Shown here: positions 30,814 through 32,000 of the stretch, in pieces
How positions within the stretch are numbered: the stretch's first letter is position 1
Layout: the number at the start of each line of letters is the position of its first letter
Source of the DNA: Delftia acidovorans NBRC 14950
GTDB lineage: Bacteria > Pseudomonadota > Gammaproteobacteria > Burkholderiales > Burkholderiaceae_C
Length of the DNA: 32,000 nt
Assembly (NCBI RefSeq): GCF_001598795.1
Contig: NZ_BCZP01000018.1
Location: 30,001 to 62,000 of the forward strand
Direction: 5' to 3'
Notes under the pieces: model-generated
Told to the model about the DNA's origin: nothing
The model's database searches: none
The model's input: the letters and a program-made list of their open reading frames with translations, nothing else
Program-made: the position numbers and the translations under genes

Positions 30814-32000
30814 ATGGAGCATGCCGGCCAGGGCCGGCATGGAACCACCTTGGCCACTTCGCGCAGTTCCCGCTCTTCCAGCACGCCCGGCACACCCAGC
30901 ACATCCGGCACGCCCCGCAAAAAGGCAGCCGCTGCCGCGCCTGCACCCGTTGATCATGCGCACGAACATGTGCATTCCGCCGACGGCACCTGCTGTGCCC
31001 ATGGGCACGAACATCCACATGACGATGGCGCTGCCCACAGCCACGACCACGACCACGACCACGACCACGAGCACGATCACGATCACGATCACGATCACGA
31101 TCACGGCCATGTGCATGCCGCCGACGGCAGCTGCTGCGGCCATGCGCATGACCAGGGTCCGCGCCACATCTATATCTACTCGCCCGCCGGTGCCGTGCGC
31201 GACAAGGCCGGCTTCAAGCGCGGCGTGCGCCGCCTGGAGGCCATGGGCCATCAGGTGGAGATCGATGCCGATGCACTGAGCAGCCACCAGCGCTTTGCAG
31301 GCGACGACGCCACGCGCCTGGCGGCCATCGAGCGCGCAGCGGCCAGCGGTGCCGACCTGGCGCTGCCCACGCGCGGCGGCTACGGCCTCACGCGCATCCT
31401 GCCGGGCATCAAGTACAAGGCCGTGGCCAAGGCCATCGCAGGCGGCACGCGCTTCGTGGGCCTGAGCGACTTCACGGCGCTGTCGCTGGCCCTGCTGGCC
31501 AGGACCGGCGCCACCACATGGGCCGGCCCGCTGCTGGTGCACGACTTCGGCCGCCCCGACGACGAGGGCGGCGTGGACGACATCATGCTGGACTGCTTCA
31601 ACGACCTGCTCAGCGGCCAGGGCGAGGGCGCGGGCTGGCAGATGCCGAAGATCGGCCTGCGCGAAGACGGCAAGCCTGCCGTCAAGGACTTCTACATCAG
31701 CGGCGGCGCCACGCTGTGGGGCGGCAACCTGGCCGTGCTGGTCTCCCTGCTGGGCACGCCTTACTTCCCGCAGATCAAGGGCGGCATCCTGTTCCTGGAA
31801 GACGTGGGCGAGCATCCCTACCGCGTGGAACGCATGCTGACCCAGCTGCTGCATGCCGGCGTGCTGGCCCAGCAAAAGGCCATCGTGTTCGGCCAGTTCA
31901 GCGAGTTCAAGCTCAGCTCGCATGACAAGGGCTTCAAGCTGCAGACCGTGATCGACTGGCTGCGCAGCCAGGTCAAGTGCCCCGTGCTGCAGGGCCTGCC
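30814..32000 (+). CDS. ldcA: LD-carboxypeptidase (peptidase S66, LdcA/MccF family), 3'-truncated by the window end; maximal ORF includes a His-rich N-terminal region
   Basis: This ORF is not in the supplied track. I hand-translated frame 1 (every 60-nt line start from 30781 on is a codon start) and found no stop from at least 30742 to 32000. The S66 body runs from about 31168: IYIYSPAGAV...GLSDFTAL (nucleophile Ser)...GGILFLEDVGEHPYRVERMLTQL. The only in-frame ATG is at 30814. Alternative starts are TTG 30850, GTG 30970 and GTG 31111, and none has a clear SD. Confidence in the S66 domain is about 0.9; confidence in the 30814 start is about 0.35. Confidence 0.75.
   Translation, partial: MEHAGQGRHGTTLATSRSSRSSSTPGTPSTSGTPRKKAAAAAPAPVDHAHEHVHSADGTCCAHGHEHPHDDGAAHSHDHDHDHDHEHDHDHDHDHDHGHVHAADGSCCGHAHDQGPRHIYIYSPAGAVRDKAGFKRGVRRLEAMGHQVEIDADALSSHQRFAGDDATRLAAIERAAASGADLALPTRGGYGLTRILPGIKYKAVAKAIAGGTRFVGLSDFTALSLALLARTGATTWAGPLLVHDFGRPDDEGGVDDIMLDCFNDLLSGQGEGAGWQMPKIGLREDGKPAVKDFYISGGATLWGGNLAVLVSLLGTPYFPQIKGGILFLEDVGEHPYRVERMLTQLLHAGVLAQQKAIVFGQFSEFKLSSHDKGFKLQTVIDWLRSQVKCPVLQGL
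30820..30841 (+). other. Perfect 9-bp hairpin overlapping codons 3-10 of the longest ldcA reading frame
   Basis: catgccggc (30820-30828), loop cagg, gccggcatg (30833-30841). It lies 74 nt after the tadA stop. No U-tract. Confidence 0.5.
31042..31104. repeat. Hexanucleotide tract (cacgac x4, cacgag, cacgat x5, cac) encoding (HD)4-HE-(HD)5-H
   Basis: Read directly from the sequence. It is flanked by two 54-nt direct repeats (30961-31014 and 31102-31155, 44/54 identical by hand count) that encode HEHVHSADGTCCAHGHEH and HGHVHAADGSCCGHAHDQ. Confidence 0.9.

Overview
About 32 kb of high-GC, gene-dense bacterial chromosome. The protein and repeat style looks betaproteobacterial, Comamonadaceae-like, but that taxonomic call is inference. 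I can support 25 protein-coding genes. I see no rRNA or tRNA genes, no CRISPR array and no transposase or integrase. Layout: metY (-) with a long structured leader; a divergent membrane GGDEF cyclase (+); a convergent DEDDy 3'-5' exonuclease with a repeat-built tail (-). Next comes a tightly packed 14-gene minus-strand cluster (4042-19382). It embeds a Liv-type ABC importer (livGFHM plus a binding protein) among beta-oxidation-type genes: HSD17B10-like SDR, thiolase, two crotonases, two acyl-CoA ligases, an AMACR-like family III CoA-transferase/racemase, an LCAD-type acyl-CoA dehydrogenase and a DECR-like SDR. A divergent large LuxR (LAL/MalT-like) regulator (+) faces it. After that: a GNAT (-), a YdeP-type molybdoenzyme plus a small ORF (+), a U32 RlhA/YdcP-like protein (-), a 0.5 kb REP-rich spacer, an orphan LivJ-like binding protein with an (AAP)n linker (+), and TadA fused to an alpha/beta-hydrolase (+). 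The last gene is an ORF absent from the supplied track: an LD-carboxypeptidase open to the window end whose reading frame continues upstream through an extremely His-rich repeat region. Best leads: (1) a near-identical palindrome CATCGTCG-N4-CGACGA at exactly three intergenic junctions of the catabolic cluster, a candidate operator set for the LAL regulator; (2) the His/Cys-rich (HD)n module in frame with ldcA; (3) the TadA-hydrolase fusion; (4) the REP-rich spacer with a possible small transcript. All homology statements come from motif recognition by eye. No database search or folding program was run.
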